A DNA stretch of 64,000 nucleotides from Callorhinchus milii (taxonomy: Eukaryota): assembly GCF_018977255.1 (NCBI RefSeq), contig NW_024704743.1, positions 79,362,001 through 79,426,000 of the forward strand, read 5' to 3'. Shown piece after piece: positions 23,020 through 36,719 of this stretch. The notes under the pieces were generated by a model, which worked only from the letters and a program-made list of their open reading frames with translations, was not told the DNA's origin and did no database searches. The position numbers were made by a program, and so were the translations under genes. Each line of letters starts with the position of its first letter. The stretch's first letter is position 1.

Positions 23020-24169
23020 ACTTTAATAAAATATCATGTGTTCAGGGCTACTGTGTTTTGTTCAGCAATAATTCAGAGGAAATGCAAGTTACCCAGCACA
23101 CTGAACATGCAAAGGGTAATAAGGGCCCTATTCTTTCTATCTTCCACAAATTTGGATGCCACTTACTGCATGAAGAGAAATGCAATCAGGAAGACACAGC
23201 AGCTTAATAATAATTTACACTTGCACAGCACTTTTCACATCTGGAGGATATCGCAAAGGTGCTTCCCACAATTGAGCTGGGGAAGTAGGGGGGAGGTGGA
23301 AAAGAAGGTGGCTGAAAGCACAGGCAAAAAAACTACAGATCAATTTAAATTTGAGTTATTTGACTTCAGCACTGATTGTCTGTCAGCACTGAATAGTTTG
23401 TGCTCGTGCATTAAAAATGATCACTTGAGACATGTGCCAGAGATAGCTGCTGTCCATGCAGTAGTACCCTTGCAAGATTTGGTACTGTCAGGAGAGGAAA
23501 GGTTGAAATAAAGATATGTTGAGTCAATATTCAAATTCATTTTTGACAGTCAGAATGTTTTTGAATTTGGCGCATTGATGTATTGCCTCAAAACACTAAA
23601 TATTATTCATCTGTTGATGCTTTTTACCTTTTTCCATAGTAGTAAAAGTTTCACTAAAAATTGAAATGTATTTTTCAACAATTCAATTTCAACAAAGATG
23701 ACCGCATTGTCATCTTTTTAGACATTAGAAGTTTTCACACTCCTTCCTGCACACATGAAAGAAGCAAGATTGCTTGTATCTCTTTCCTCTGTTTTTTTGT
23801 CTCCAGTTTTGATAATCTCTTCTCTTTGCAGATTTCTGCCTCCTATTTCTGTGCTTCCTCCCCCATCTGTATTCCAAAATGTCAGGTTTGTTAACAGTTA
23901 AACTCAAATTATCTTGATATGATTATTTGTGTATGCGGTGGAGAGAAGGGAATATATGACAATCATACCAATCACCCATTTGCCCACAAAATAAACAGTG
24001 AATTCACTTTACAGTATATTCTGTGAAGCGCTCTGAGACGTCTCGAAGATGTGATAAGGCGCTATATCAAATGCAAGGATTATTATTATTCCAATGTCAA
24101 ATCCCTCCCCCACCATATCCAGATCTCAAGCTCAATACAACATCTGTTACCTCACTGAGATTTCTCCAA

Positions 24170-24570
24170 CAGGGCCAGATTAAGGGATCTGGAGACCCTA
24201 AAACTGATCACGTTTGGGGCCCTTTGTATTATGCACGCAAAATATGCAACAATACCTTTTTAAGATACTTCCTTGCATGACTTCATAGTTGCAAACATCA
24301 TTACATGATCAAAACTTAGTGTACATGTCAAATCGTGCTCGATAAACACGATTTGCATTCAATCTATTCCGGGTCAGTGTAGATCTGAGTGAGGTTATGA
24401 TGAGATTCATCTTTGAGAACAAGAATGAGCTTTACAGACTGTTATTTGTTGTGTTAAGAGCATACGAAGAGCAACTACCACGTTTAGAAATGTTGACTTC
24501 AAGTGATTCCATTTAATATACTATGACCTCGGGGCATAGTTTACCTGGTTTATTGGTTAATCCAGTACTG
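24170..24570. mobile_element. Putative non-autonomous hAT-type DNA transposon (MITE), decayed
   Basis: Ends CAGGGCCAGATTAA and TTAATCCAGTACTG form an imperfect 14-bp TIR; the 8-bp flanks TTCTCCAA and CTCTTTGA differ only by transitions. Confidence 0.5.
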
Positions 24571-25369
24571 CTCTTTGATTATATCTGTGATTGAGGTGAG
24601 GGGAAATTCCCTTTGCACCAGCTAAACAGCATTAGAGTCCCCCACTATGGGAAAATCAGGTCCAAATTGTTTGTGAACAATGTTCTTACCTTTGTCTTGC
24701 AATCTGGTAATGAAGTATGACAGTGACCTAATGCCATGCTCCTCAGTTTGTAATAGTTAGAAAGAAACAAATTGCATTTTTATAACACCTTTTTACATTG
24801 AAATGCTTCAAAGACTAATTTAACAATGTAGAACCAGTGACTTTCCTTTTTCTTTTGCCTAATTTAGCCATTTTAATTCTTTTTCTTTTTAAATATGTGA
24901 ATTAAAAAAAGCATGGCTTTGAAATAAATTGATTTAGAAGAGTGATATTTACCCCGACCCTCTTTCTGTATTAGTCCATCCTTTGGGTGTATTACAAAAC
25001 AATAGTTTTTATACATAATTGATTGCCACAGTTTGATTCAATTTTAGAATCTGTGTTTTGAGCTTAGCTTTGAGTCGAACTATAACACATTCTGCTCCAC
25101 CATCAGCGGCTGTGCTTTCAGTCAATACGCTCCAAAGCTCTGGAATTCACTCCTCCAATCCCTCCGCCTTGCAGCCTTCCTCCCCACCTCCAATTTGGTA
25201 TATGGCCCATTAAATGCCCTCTTTCAGGAGAGGTAAGTACAGTCTTTTCACCACTGAGCTGACCCCAAGGTGACGTGCCTAACATCGGAATATTCAAATT
25301 GGGTCAATCCTCTGTGGCGGTCTTAGTAGTTTGATTTCTGAGTCAGGCAGGTCTGCAAGTGCCCCATTA

Positions 25370-25620
25370 ATAAGAACATAAGAAATGCTCGGTGAAAAAA
25401 GACCATCTAGTTCGTCTTCCACCTTCCTAGTGGTCACATGCACATATGCCCCGAACTACCTACGTACTATATCCCATAATATTATTTCCTAAAACTATCT
25501 AATCTGTGTTTGAAAGAATCAACACTTCCTGCTTCAACCATCTCCCCAGGGAGCCTGTTCCACAGGTTCACTATTTGCTCACTGAAATAGCGTTTCCATA
25601 AATTCATTCTGAATTTAGTT
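25370..25620 (-). mobile_element. CR1 3'-end fragment
   Basis: taagaacataagaa tail; cttcaaccatctccccagggagcctgttccacagg is the reverse complement of (N)LWNRLPGEMVEA. Confidence 0.8.
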
Positions 25621-28600
25621 CCCATATGACAGACCAGCCAGAACGGATCAGCAACAGGACTTGGAGAGCAGACCAGTTACTGAGGGCATGGATTCTTCCC
25701 CTTCGGCTCCTGTTAAAGATGCAAACCTAACAGATAGGGTAGTCTTAGCTGGACAAGCAGTGGGAAGCTTTCCAGACAATGTCCACAATGCTAACCAGGT
25801 GTTTTAGCTGATTAAACTCCAGCAGTACCTCAACACATACTCTAGGGTTTCCAAGCCTTGGCTCTCACCAACCCTGAACCTAATACTTTCTGGAGTTGGG
25901 TAACATAGGGTGTGCTCTCTGGATAGAGAGTATGCACATCATTCCTGCCAAAAAAAATCACCATGTGGTGCACCATGCATCATGCAGAACGGGCTTGAAG
26001 GGCTGAACAGTCTCCTTCTGTTCTTATGTTATAAGTGGAACCTTCAGTCTGGTTTGGTTGCTCTAGTCTAAAGCATGTTGATGGGTTTTCATGTGTTTCA
26101 GATCCCTGGCTGACCAATAAAAAACATTATCATTTGCACCATATGTAGGAGGGAGTATGTTAGGGGTGTGATCCTCTCCACTAACATTAGGTTCAGGCTG
26201 GCCTCTAACGGATCATTCCAGTTTGACTCTCATGACAGGACTGTTTCACAGTTTGATTTTCAACATCTTTTCTCCGTTTTCCATATCCTGTCATTACCTC
26301 AGTGAAAGGCGTTCTTTCTCAGCCTGAGAACAATTAGTTCCTTTTACCCCCCTCTTCCTCCCCTTCTCATTTCCTCTTAGCTGCCCTGTCTGCTGGTGCT
26401 GACTAATAGAAACAGCTGACAGGAAGATGCTGACATTGCATGCCCCCCGCCATTTACACTGGGGAGATGGAGCGTTGGGCTGCTGCTCAGTGCTGACTGG
26501 TTTGCTATGATCAGCTGATGATGCCATAATAAGGCATTGCTGGATTCTCTCAGTGAAAGCTTTGTATTCAGAACAGTTGCTGCTTTTTTCTGCACATTAG
26601 CCTAATGCTTTCCACATTTCCCTATCTTACTCACTGAGAAGGCATTGCCGCTCAATTTCCAGACTTGATCCCATTTGTTATTTTAAGATTGAAAGAAGCA
26701 ACAGTTTTCTTCTAAGAAAGTAATGAGAACCAAATGAATCTTAAAGGTGGATCTGTCCAGAGCGATGCAGAAGGAAAAACATAAACCCAATTTCTGAGCA
26801 AAACCCGTTCAGGAGTCAAACATCTGGGAAACTGAGCAGTTAGTGTGATTTTGAGGTGCTGGGTGAGATCAAGAGGTCACAAGATCAAAAGGCGTTGTAT
26901 TGTCCTTCCTCCTAGCCTCTTGGAGCATTTCCATAATCCTTGGAACAGTTCAGATTGTTGCTAATAGTAACGACATCTTTCTGATGCCACTCACGGCAGT
27001 ACAAAGACCATGCTGCTCCGAGCAGCAGCTGAATGCGTTTGTTAATGCCATGCTGACCACTCATTCTCTTCTCGGTATCTAGAGACAGCACCATCAGTTA
27101 TTCTCCAAATCATGGCATATTTTCCTAGTCTAGAAATTAGTAGCTCAAGAGAAACATGCCCCACACATTACTGCCACATGCCCCCAGGGCATATTTAATG
27201 TGGACTACCAATTAATGGTGCTGGGCATGATATTGATGTTTACGTGACCACCGCTTTGATACTCCAGATTGTCAATTGGTTTTCCCTTCTTGATGCTTCA
27301 GAATTCAAAACAAAGCATTTTTTCTGATGTGTTAGGTGTTTGTATCACTGTTGCCTCTTGAGTTAGAAGGTTCTGGGTTCAAGCCCTACGTCGGGAACTC
27401 GTAATCTAGGCTGACACTTGTACCCAATGTAAGGTGAAGTGACAATATTTTGTAGGCAAACTGAGAGTTCCACTAGTTATGCTCTCGACGCACAGTCATT
27501 TCCCTGTGTTTGGAATGGAATGTGCACTCTCTCACCAGAGTGAGCGTTAGGGTAATGCTGGAGTTCAACCAGCTAAAACCATATAGCTTGTCATTGAGAG
27601 CACTATGTCACAAGCTCCCCGCTGCTTGACCAGCTCAGATCACCGTACCTGTTAGGGCTTTGGCTTGCAAGGTTAACAGAATGACTGCTCCCAGTGACCC
27701 TCCATGTCCCGACGATGGGAAATATACGTAGACATCTCTTTCCTGAGGCGATACAGAAAATCCTAACTTTGCCATGTTAAATCACATTTGTACGTGCACA
27801 GAGAACTGAGATTACAATTTCTGGTGCAAGTGCAGCTGGCAACAAGATTGCACAGGAAAGAAAAACATTTGAGGCCTATATCTCTTTGATGCTACAGTTT
27901 GAAAAAGATTGCTTCAAGTTAGCACTAAATCGCCTGTCAAGTGAGTCTGCTGAGAATATGTGTCCCCGCATTAAGGGGTCAGCTTGTTTTTCTCAGATGA
28001 CCTGAACAGGAAGTAATGGCTTCACTCCCAGATTGTTTTCTGGATTCCTGAAAAGCAAGGGCCGGTGTCCAAAAGGGAAAAGCGAAACAGGGGAAAAGAA
28101 ACAAAATCCCCTGAATGAATTAAGCAAAAGTCTGGCTTTGGGTGATCCTCAGATAATGTTTAAAGTTGCCGGCATTGACAGATGAGTGAATCCTATTCTC
28201 TGTCAGTCTGTAAATTCACCAACCTCAGCAGTGGCAGCTAGCAGTGGGAACGTTTGATTTTAAGCTCACTCCAAGGTCTGTAAAGTTACTGTTGATTGGA
28301 AAATTTCCTTCAAGGTCTGGGCTTCGCTTTATATACAGATTCTATTTCATTGTACTTTTTAGTAATAAAGTCTCTGTCTACATGAAAACGCGAGCCCCAT
28401 TTACACCTCAATTCCTCAACCACCCCCTCACCCACCACCTCAGCTCATGTAAAGTGCTTGGAGGTGTGCCCCCGACATGAAAGGCTTTATATAAATGTAA
28501 ATTGTATTGTATAAATATTCCTGAAACATTGTGTCTGATCAATGTCTAAGTTCTGAACTTTGCTCGAATGCCCTAGACTTGGCATAAGATATTTTCAGCA

Positions 28601-29629
28601 ATCCAGGAACCTGCAGGATAACAGCACAGGACATGAGAAAATCAACCTAGTTTTTCATAGTGACTGGAACTTGTTTCTACTGTTAAACACTGTGAAGAAC
28701 TTTATAACATTGGTCACAAATTTAATCTCTCCTTGGAACTGTAGGGGGCAGCAGAGCACTTCGGGAACAGCAATAATCTGTGATAGCACTTAATTCTGGG
28801 TAAAAAACATTAAAGTGTAATTTGTAGCATTTGTATGATACAAACTGTAAATTATAATCAATTCTGGAAAATGCTCATGCTGAAGGTTCTAAGACTATTT
28901 TCCCTTCTCTTTGCATTCTCCTCAGTGTTGCCTGTTTGCCTGGTCCTGTCTTCTCTCAGCTGGGAGAGGAGTTCAGAGAAGACATCATCAATGAACACCA
29001 TCAATGCCACTTTGTATCGGTCAGCAGGAGCCACATTTGTATGTGCAGCAGAGGCTTACTGACGGGGCATTTCTCTTTCCTCTCCCTCCCTCCAACATAG
29101 GAGACGAGCAACTCCATCCAGCAGCCTGTCTGAATCTTGGTGATACTGCTGTACTACCAGGCTATTCACTCGAGTATTTCAACAAAACATTATTTCATAG
29201 GCTTGAAAATATCAAAATACCAGGATCATTATTGTTGCCTGCTCTTTTGCTTCTTCTTACATGACTAAGTGCAGCCACTGTATGAAATATTTTGAATAAC
29301 ACTTATGTAACGTCACTCCGAGCTCATACACTTTCATGTTTTGGCATCCATACAGAGTTTTGTGACATTTAGTTTTATTCTAATTTCAGCTTCTCACAAT
29401 TTCTCTTCCCGTTGTCATTGTCCTCCCGTTATTTCAATCTCTCTGAGTCACAACCACTGCCCAGGCCTTTGGTTGAGTGGGTTGGCAGGTAAAGTCCTGT
29501 CACACCTCTGTAGTGCTGCTCAGGAACAGTTGCTAAAGGATGCATTACAGCACTCATTTTTCCTGACCTTTCAATTTCTACCTGGAGTACAACAGTGTGG
29601 ATTTCTGTCACCAAATTACAGTGTAGCTG

Positions 29630-29870
29630 TGCATTGGAGAGGATACAGTGAAGGGCAACTAGATTGATAGCAAGAATTAGGCACCTGGGTTATCAGGAGA
29701 AGCTATGGAAGCTGAGAATGTTTACACTGGAGAAGGAAAGGCTGAGGACAATCTTATTGAAGCAACCGAGATCCTAAAGTGTAAGAACAAATTGAAGTCT
29801 AATATGTTTAACAGGGCCTAAATATTTACATCAAGGGAGACACAGACTCAAGTTCAGAAGAAGGAAGATG
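29630..29870 (+). mobile_element. Highly degenerate CR1 ORF2 fragment
   Basis: gcattggagaggatacagtgaagggcaactagattgat...tttacactggagaaggaaaggctgagg resembles LERVQRRATRLI...LFTLEKRRLRG. Confidence 0.6.
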
Positions 29871-30769
29871 AATGGACAGTTTGTTTGATTCAATCACATA
29901 CAAAGTTAATAATATGTGGAATCAGTGGAGGGCTGGCTCCCCAAAACTGTGGTGCCATTCGGGGGAGGCTGATTTGTGGGGGTTGCCAAAAAGCATGAGG
30001 ACAAAAACTTTGTCGGGCTGAAATGGAACTTCTGAACTAGGCTGCAATGAATTTAAGCACACAGATGTTTTATGTATTTTGGCGCTTGAGTACCCAAAGC
30101 TACCACTCCCATGAGCTCAGGAACTATTCAGAAGGGCAATCGGGATATTTCCTGATTTCTTCATATAGCCATATAGCCAGCCCTTCCTGAGTGCAATAAA
30201 CAACTAAAGAGGGATATTATTTGGCTACGAGATTGAGGAGTAGAGGAGATAGAGCCATGTAGGCTTTAGTTTTTAGTTTTGGGTGGGCATGATCGACCTC
30301 AATGGTCCTGTGAAATCTTGTGTTTCTTTGCCTTGTAACAAAGTGCTGTGCTTCCCACTCAAAGCTTATTGGAGATCAGAAAAACAAAATGTAGAGGACT
30401 TTGAGCATAAAAGAAGTGCCTATCCAGTGATCAGTGCACTCCTTTTAGATTATAAAGTCCACCTTTTATCTTTAGTTTAAAATAGCTGTAATGTCGATGT
30501 TTTGCTTACAAACGGCTTACATCTTCAAACAACTAAATAGTGAAAGCTAAGGGAAGAGGAAGAGGAAATTAGGCCTTTCTGAAGCACCAGAGTAAAATGC
30601 TGTGCTCGATGTTCTCTCTCACATTGAAACATTTAAGCTTCTCAGATTTCTATTGAACATATCTGCTGGTCTTTGGACTCAGCATCAAGTGTGATAGAAA
30701 ATATAACATAACATAAATTTGTGCCATTTACAAACAGTTTCAAATTGATGCCAAATGTACTTTCATACA

Positions 30770-31010
30770 CTTTTAGATGAGAGGTTAAACCAAGGTCCCG
30801 TCTGCTGTTCAAGAAGACGTTACTTATCCCATGGCACTATTCAAGAAAAGACAGGAGTTTCTTCTAGGCTCCTGGCCAATATTCCCCCAAATAAAATTGG
30901 TCACTCACTTCATGGCTTTTTGTCCATTACTGTTGCGCATAAATTAGCTGTCGTGTTCATCGACAAAACATAAAGTCATCACACTTTACAATAAATGTGT
31001 TAGGTGCTTT
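30770..31010 (+). mobile_element. DeuSINE core fragment (similar fragments at about 36000-36260, 37140-37470, 49190-49400, 52600-52720 and 40255-40580)
   Basis: gatgagaggttaaaccaaggtcccgtctgctg...cccatggcactattcaagaaaagacaggagttt...cctggccaatattccccc. Confidence 0.7.
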
Positions 31011-33899
31011 AATGCCAGCCCTACTGATAATAAATGCACTGTAGCAAATCAAATGATTCGTAATAAAGGTGATACAACCCTCTCATGTTGGGATCAGTAA
31101 TCTATTTTTTCAATGTCTCTCCTGAACTGAAATCCTTCGTACCACAGGCATGGGCTCAGATCCCGAGCAGTAACTGAACATCCTTGATAAATGCAAATTA
31201 AAATAATTTTCTATTTGGATTTAATCCATTCACTCTTGCCAAATAAACAATTTTTGATGTTAATGGGAAGAAATTCCCAGTGTTCTATATGGGATTTTTA
31301 AAAATTAGAATTCCCATGAAGTCTTGAGGAACTCCACTTTGGAAATAGATTGTATTGGGAGTGCAGTGATGTATTTCTGATTACTGAAAGCACTGGTTGT
31401 TTGTGAAAGCACGCTGGTTTCCTTATTAAGCAATCTTATAAGTAAAGACTTGCAGCTGCTCTTATTCTCTCTTGCACTGAGCTTTTACATTACTGACATT
31501 TCTGGAATGGCCTCCATGACTTGTAGGATGATGTCCTTGCCAGGACTTTGCACCACTCCTCTATTGATTTGGCACTGGCATCAGTTGAGTTGTTGCTTAC
31601 ATCTTTCAGAGGTATATGAGAGGCTGCTTGTTTTCCTTTTGCGTGAGAAACCTTAGATGAAGTCCTTCACTGTAACTGCACCCAGGAGATAGAATAGCTG
31701 AGGTGAAGTAATAATAAACTAGGGTGCTACCAGGTCTGTGGAAGTAGTGGGACTGATGGGCCAAAGTATGTTTTCTTGATCTTTAAGACATCTTAAGCTG
31801 GTGAGAGCATAAAGCATTTTTCATTGAATGTTAATAAAAGGAGAATGACCATTCAAGATAAGAGGTGTTAGATATTGAATACCCTGACATGAGGCTTGGA
31901 GAAATCATTCTCCATCAAAAAGGTGGGGATTAGTTAGATATGTAACTTATGCAGAAACCCATCACCATGTTAAGAATCTCCAAAACAAACTGAAGAGCGG
32001 TACACATATATATATACATATAGTTTATTTTTGTTTAGTATGGAATGCAGACTTTCTCCTCAGAGAAATACAGCTGGTTACCTAATTCTGGAGAGTTTAG
32101 GCACAGGTTGGCAAGAGCCAAGGCTTGGGGACCCCAAAGTTCGCATTGGAATTTAAATAACTAAAATTGTATAACTTACTATTGCAAATACTGGCACTCC
32201 TTAACCTGGCTCATTTTAAGTCCCTGTGATCTGAAGGAAACAAGTGAATCCAAAGTGGCATCATTTCTGAAAAACAGAGTGGAATGTATGATGAGCAGAG
32301 GATGTATTAATGTGGAGAAGTGACAAGGTAGAGGAGAGAATAGAACTCTGGAGAATCCGTGCTGGGAAAACAGTTTGAGAATGAATCATGGCCACTTCGT
32401 CATAGATGTATGTGTATAGAGATGTCCAGGATTTTGAACTATACAAAAGTATTCCAGGGAAAATGGGATAAAATTTCATCTAATAAGCAAATTATTTAAT
32501 ACTTTCCCCAAACTAAACAACAGAAACACATAATACTGTATTGAAAATGCCAAATAATGTTCCATTTTCAATTTCTCCCAGATCATATATTAAATTGCTG
32601 AACAATCATAATAGTGTGACTGGATATTTCAGTGCTATAAGTTCCTTGTATTCACACCCAGACGATTTCTTTCCAATGTACCACCGGATTTGCAGCTGTC
32701 TCTTTTGCACACCATCATTTTTTCAGCTGTACATTCAATGTTTTTTCATTATATCATTTTACACACAGGATGATAAACCCATGCTCTAATGACAACACGA
32801 TATTCCAAAGCATCTTTGAATTACTTTTTATTTTTCCCCTATCTTGCTGATCATTCAAATAAAATAAAGCATTTTTCATTGAATTGACCTTTGTTTCAGG
32901 TTAAAGCCTTGGTTAAAGCATTGACATGGACTTGCAGTGTATTTATTAAAAGGAATTGACGATTAACAGTTCCTCTTACTGGCTATATTTTTACTGTGAT
33001 GCAAATGCTAATATCAGTGAGCAAGTGATACATACCTCAGCCACGGCAATCAATCTAAGGATGAGTTATCTGAATTATCTACTTGTTTATTCATGAGTTA
33101 ATTGTAATTCACATTGATAATCCATTTCTTACTTATAACATAATGATATGTAAGATGGAAGCTACAGCACTCTGTACTCTACACCTCACACAGTGATGCA
33201 GGAAGACAAGAATTGATGCACTGTGATAAGATATTTATCAAAGTGTTTTTAAAATGTAACTGTTTCTAGCAACCCTGACTTTCAGACTATTGAACAGTGA
33301 CGTCTGTAGAGTACATGATGAATATGAATATGACTTGACTTTCCCAGTACGTCAAGACCTTGACTCACGGGTGAAGGATCTCAGTGTCACAATGCGACTC
33401 TGTTCTACAAACACACCTACAGTTCAGTAACTACTTCAGTCATTCCCAATACTTAAGGCCAGTGCCACTGTCTCTAGAGCAGGGTACTTTATCACCAGCT
33501 GACGGAAATAGACATCCTTGCCTTCATATTATTTCTGAGCAAATCAAAGCTCTCAGAAGCCCATAGAGCCACGAGTCGTTTGATTTGAATTGGCAGCAGC
33601 ACAAAAATGTGTATTTTTATCCTGAACCATCTTGTGATGGGTAAGGGACAGCAATTAGAAACATATTACATTCCATCAATAAAAATGACTGAACATCTGG
33701 AAACCGCAGGAATGTGTAACAAATCTCCAATTTGCTGATGCCACTTAGTGAAGAGACTTCAAACTACTTCGACTCTGAAATGGAACTCCTACATGCTGGA
33801 AATTTACGGGACTCCCAGGCCACCAAAATAGTACTCTCAACAGACGAAAGGAAAGAACACTGCTGATACACAGCATTATCTTGTCTTGCAGACTTGCAT

Positions 33900-34335
33900 A
33901 ACTTTAATGTTCTTCAAAGCCTGTATTTGCCCATTGATGGAATATTGTAGCTCGCTGTTTGACAGGCTGCAAAAAAAATCTTTTCTCCTGGGTGCAGCAC
34001 AGTTCAAAGCCATGCAGAACAGAGGATTTGATGAGCTTGATCTGATTCATGCCAAACTGCATCCTCTACAACATCACAAAGATATGGGGTAAAATCTGCA
34101 GCATTTCACAACATATTAGGAAGGCGTTAAGAAATGCTGCAATTTCACCCCTGGCGTCTACGAAATACAATTGGAGCAGCGCGGGTCATAAAAGCAGCTA
34201 GCTTTTTTACATCCCATTGCAAACCCCACAAAACTTTGTAGACAAAAGATTGCTAATTTCAGCAGTCAATGTAATTTCTAGTTCAAAGCTCTTGCCTGGA
34301 TCTCATGTCCCTTGCACATATAAGTTTAAATACAG
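33900..34335 (+). mobile_element. Old non-LTR retrotransposon ORF2 C-terminal remnant, clade uncertain
   Basis: FKACICPLMEYCS...DRLQKK...LHPLQHHKD resembles YKxxVRPxMEYCS...LDRVQ...LxxLxHRR. Confidence 0.55.
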
Positions 34336-36719
34336 AGTTAACTCTCACCTATCGTTACCAGAGCATACATTAAGCCTATTGGAAACCTTTGATTTGCTCA
34401 TAACATTGAAGTATTTCTCCCAAATTTTTTTATGCAGCCCAGGCATGGCTGCTGCCAGGGAACGTTGATCTGCAGCAGACGTGAGAGTTGAGATTCTCTG
34501 ATCATTGGCAATTTTATAGGCTTAGCAAGTGATTTTGTCTGATTCTCCACTGTCCATTGAATTTACTGATGTTCTGAACTTATTATAAGCTGATACTGGC
34601 AAGATCGCTAAACAAAGGCATTGAATAATATACATTTGGTTGTTTAACATTGGTACATTTGCTGATCTGCAGAGATTGATGAATGGATATCCACCAGCAA
34701 GAAATGAACCCTTGGATCTGTGGAAACACAAACACTGTGTTTGAAGTGAGGATTTCTGGGGTATTTTCAACCTTTTTAAAATCAAAACTTGGCACAATAA
34801 TGACTAGTTAGCACTAGGCAAACTATAATTGTGGGATCCATTGCAACGTTTCATACAGCCATGTTAAAGTGTCTTAAAAGTTGGGTTATCATGTTGGGTT
34901 GAGTCAATAACCCTGTAATTATTAGTGGGATTTGAGCAGCAGAAAATAGTGAGCGAAGGCATCGCAATTAACTACCAGCAAGAGTATGAGGTTACTCTGG
35001 CCCGCACTTGACAGGCTCTAGCATTGGTTCCTATTATTGGTTCCATGCTCAATCCTTGTCATGTTGAACCAGAGGTCTGAAATATCTCATTGTCTTAGTG
35101 TCTAAAAAATGCCTGATTGTGCAGCATTTGGGAAAAGTCTTAAACTCGGACTTCAATTCAGAGCCAATAGTTCTAAAAAAAAGCTCCTAAAATTTAAGAC
35201 AATGGTCTCAAGTCAAAATCCACCCAGTATTTTGAGTCTCTGATGTTGCATGCTTTTGGTCTGGACTGGACCTGCATATTCCCTTTATTTTAGTTCTGCA
35301 AACATGCTCTTTGTCTCAAATAGGAGGTGGAATTAGGGTTAGTTCCCTCTGTCTTTTTTATGTTGTTTTTTGGCTTCCAGAGCCAGTAATTCAAGCCAAC
35401 TTGTGTACTGTGTTAGTTCTGAGGTAATTAAAATACCATTTACAACCTCTTCAATTGAAAACAGTCAAGGATATGAAAGCAAATCAGAACATACTGACCT
35501 GAAAAATGTGGTCAACGCATCACTGGACACATTAATATGGGGAAATTTACATCAGAAAGACTAGAACTGACTATTTCCTTAAAGAAAAGCAAATACGAGT
35601 GAAAGAAATCAGTTACAATCATTATGGTTCCTTGCACTGAGATCAACATGCTTTTTGTTGTATACATGCATTATGTGACAGGTCAGTAGTTCTCGAATGG
35701 TCAGTGCACACATTCTTTAAAGAGCAAACTAGTGACCTGAACTAAGGTTAAGTTCCTATAATTAGGCAAAGTTTATTTTTTATAATTAATAACAATCGGG
35801 GGAAAAGAAGGCATTATAAAAGGGCCTTGATATTGGAAAGAGGGAACATAGAAACAAATCGTATGAACTGCCAGTTTCTACTTCGCTTTTTTTCCTTGGA
35901 AACTAACATTAGTGTTAACACACCACCCTGATTCACACACGCCTAGGTGTCTCTGTTATACAGTATTGACTTTCACCAGTAGTTAGGATGAGAATTGAAA
36001 CCAAGATCCTTGCTGCCTATTCCAGTCGATGTTAAAGATCCCAGGACACTAGTTGAATAGAGAAGGGAGCCCTGACCAACATTACCCTAAATAAAATTAT
36101 TTATTCACTTCTTGGATGTTTGTGGGTCATTGTTGTGTGCATATTGTCTGCTGCATTCCCCTGGAAAATAGAATAACTACACTGTATAGTGGGTCCTGGG
36201 AAAGCACTTTGATGCATCCTCCAATGTGAAAGACGCTGTAAGAAATGTAAAGATTTTTATTGTTTATTTTAAATACACAGTCACAAACCTTACAGTAAAC
36301 CCCATGAAGCGCTTTGAAATGCTTTGATAATGTGAGAAGGCACTTTATCCAATGATGAGATTATTATTTTATTGTTTTAAATCCAATTTGGTCAGGTTAA
36401 ATTTATACAGACAGTGCTACACAGAATTGCAAACAGACCTTTATTATGAACTGCAGACGCTTTGGTTCCCAGCACAGTGTTGTCGAGGAGACTGGCTATA
36501 TGTAATAATGGCTGTGTAAATATATTCATACATAAGTAATAAGTTATTATTATTGTTATTATTATAAGCAGAAGTCCAAAGATACGTTTAACGTCTCAAG
36601 AGTGCCATCATTTTCTCCCCATGCAAAAAGCTGACCCGAGTCAATGTTACCTCTTCAGTCAAGAGACTGAAATAGTTGCTGATTGTATCCAATAACCTCC
36701 TGCACCTTAGCAAAACAAT

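Noticed and set aside
22978..23511. 177-aa ORF; likewise 10891..11349 and the other 60-150 aa ORFs
   Set aside because: No recognisable domains, often overlapping repeat fragments, and of lengths expected by chance
26900..27300. Possible RTE-type LINE remnant on the minus strand
   Set aside because: Only a faint resemblance (VPRIMEMLQEAR); too degenerate to call
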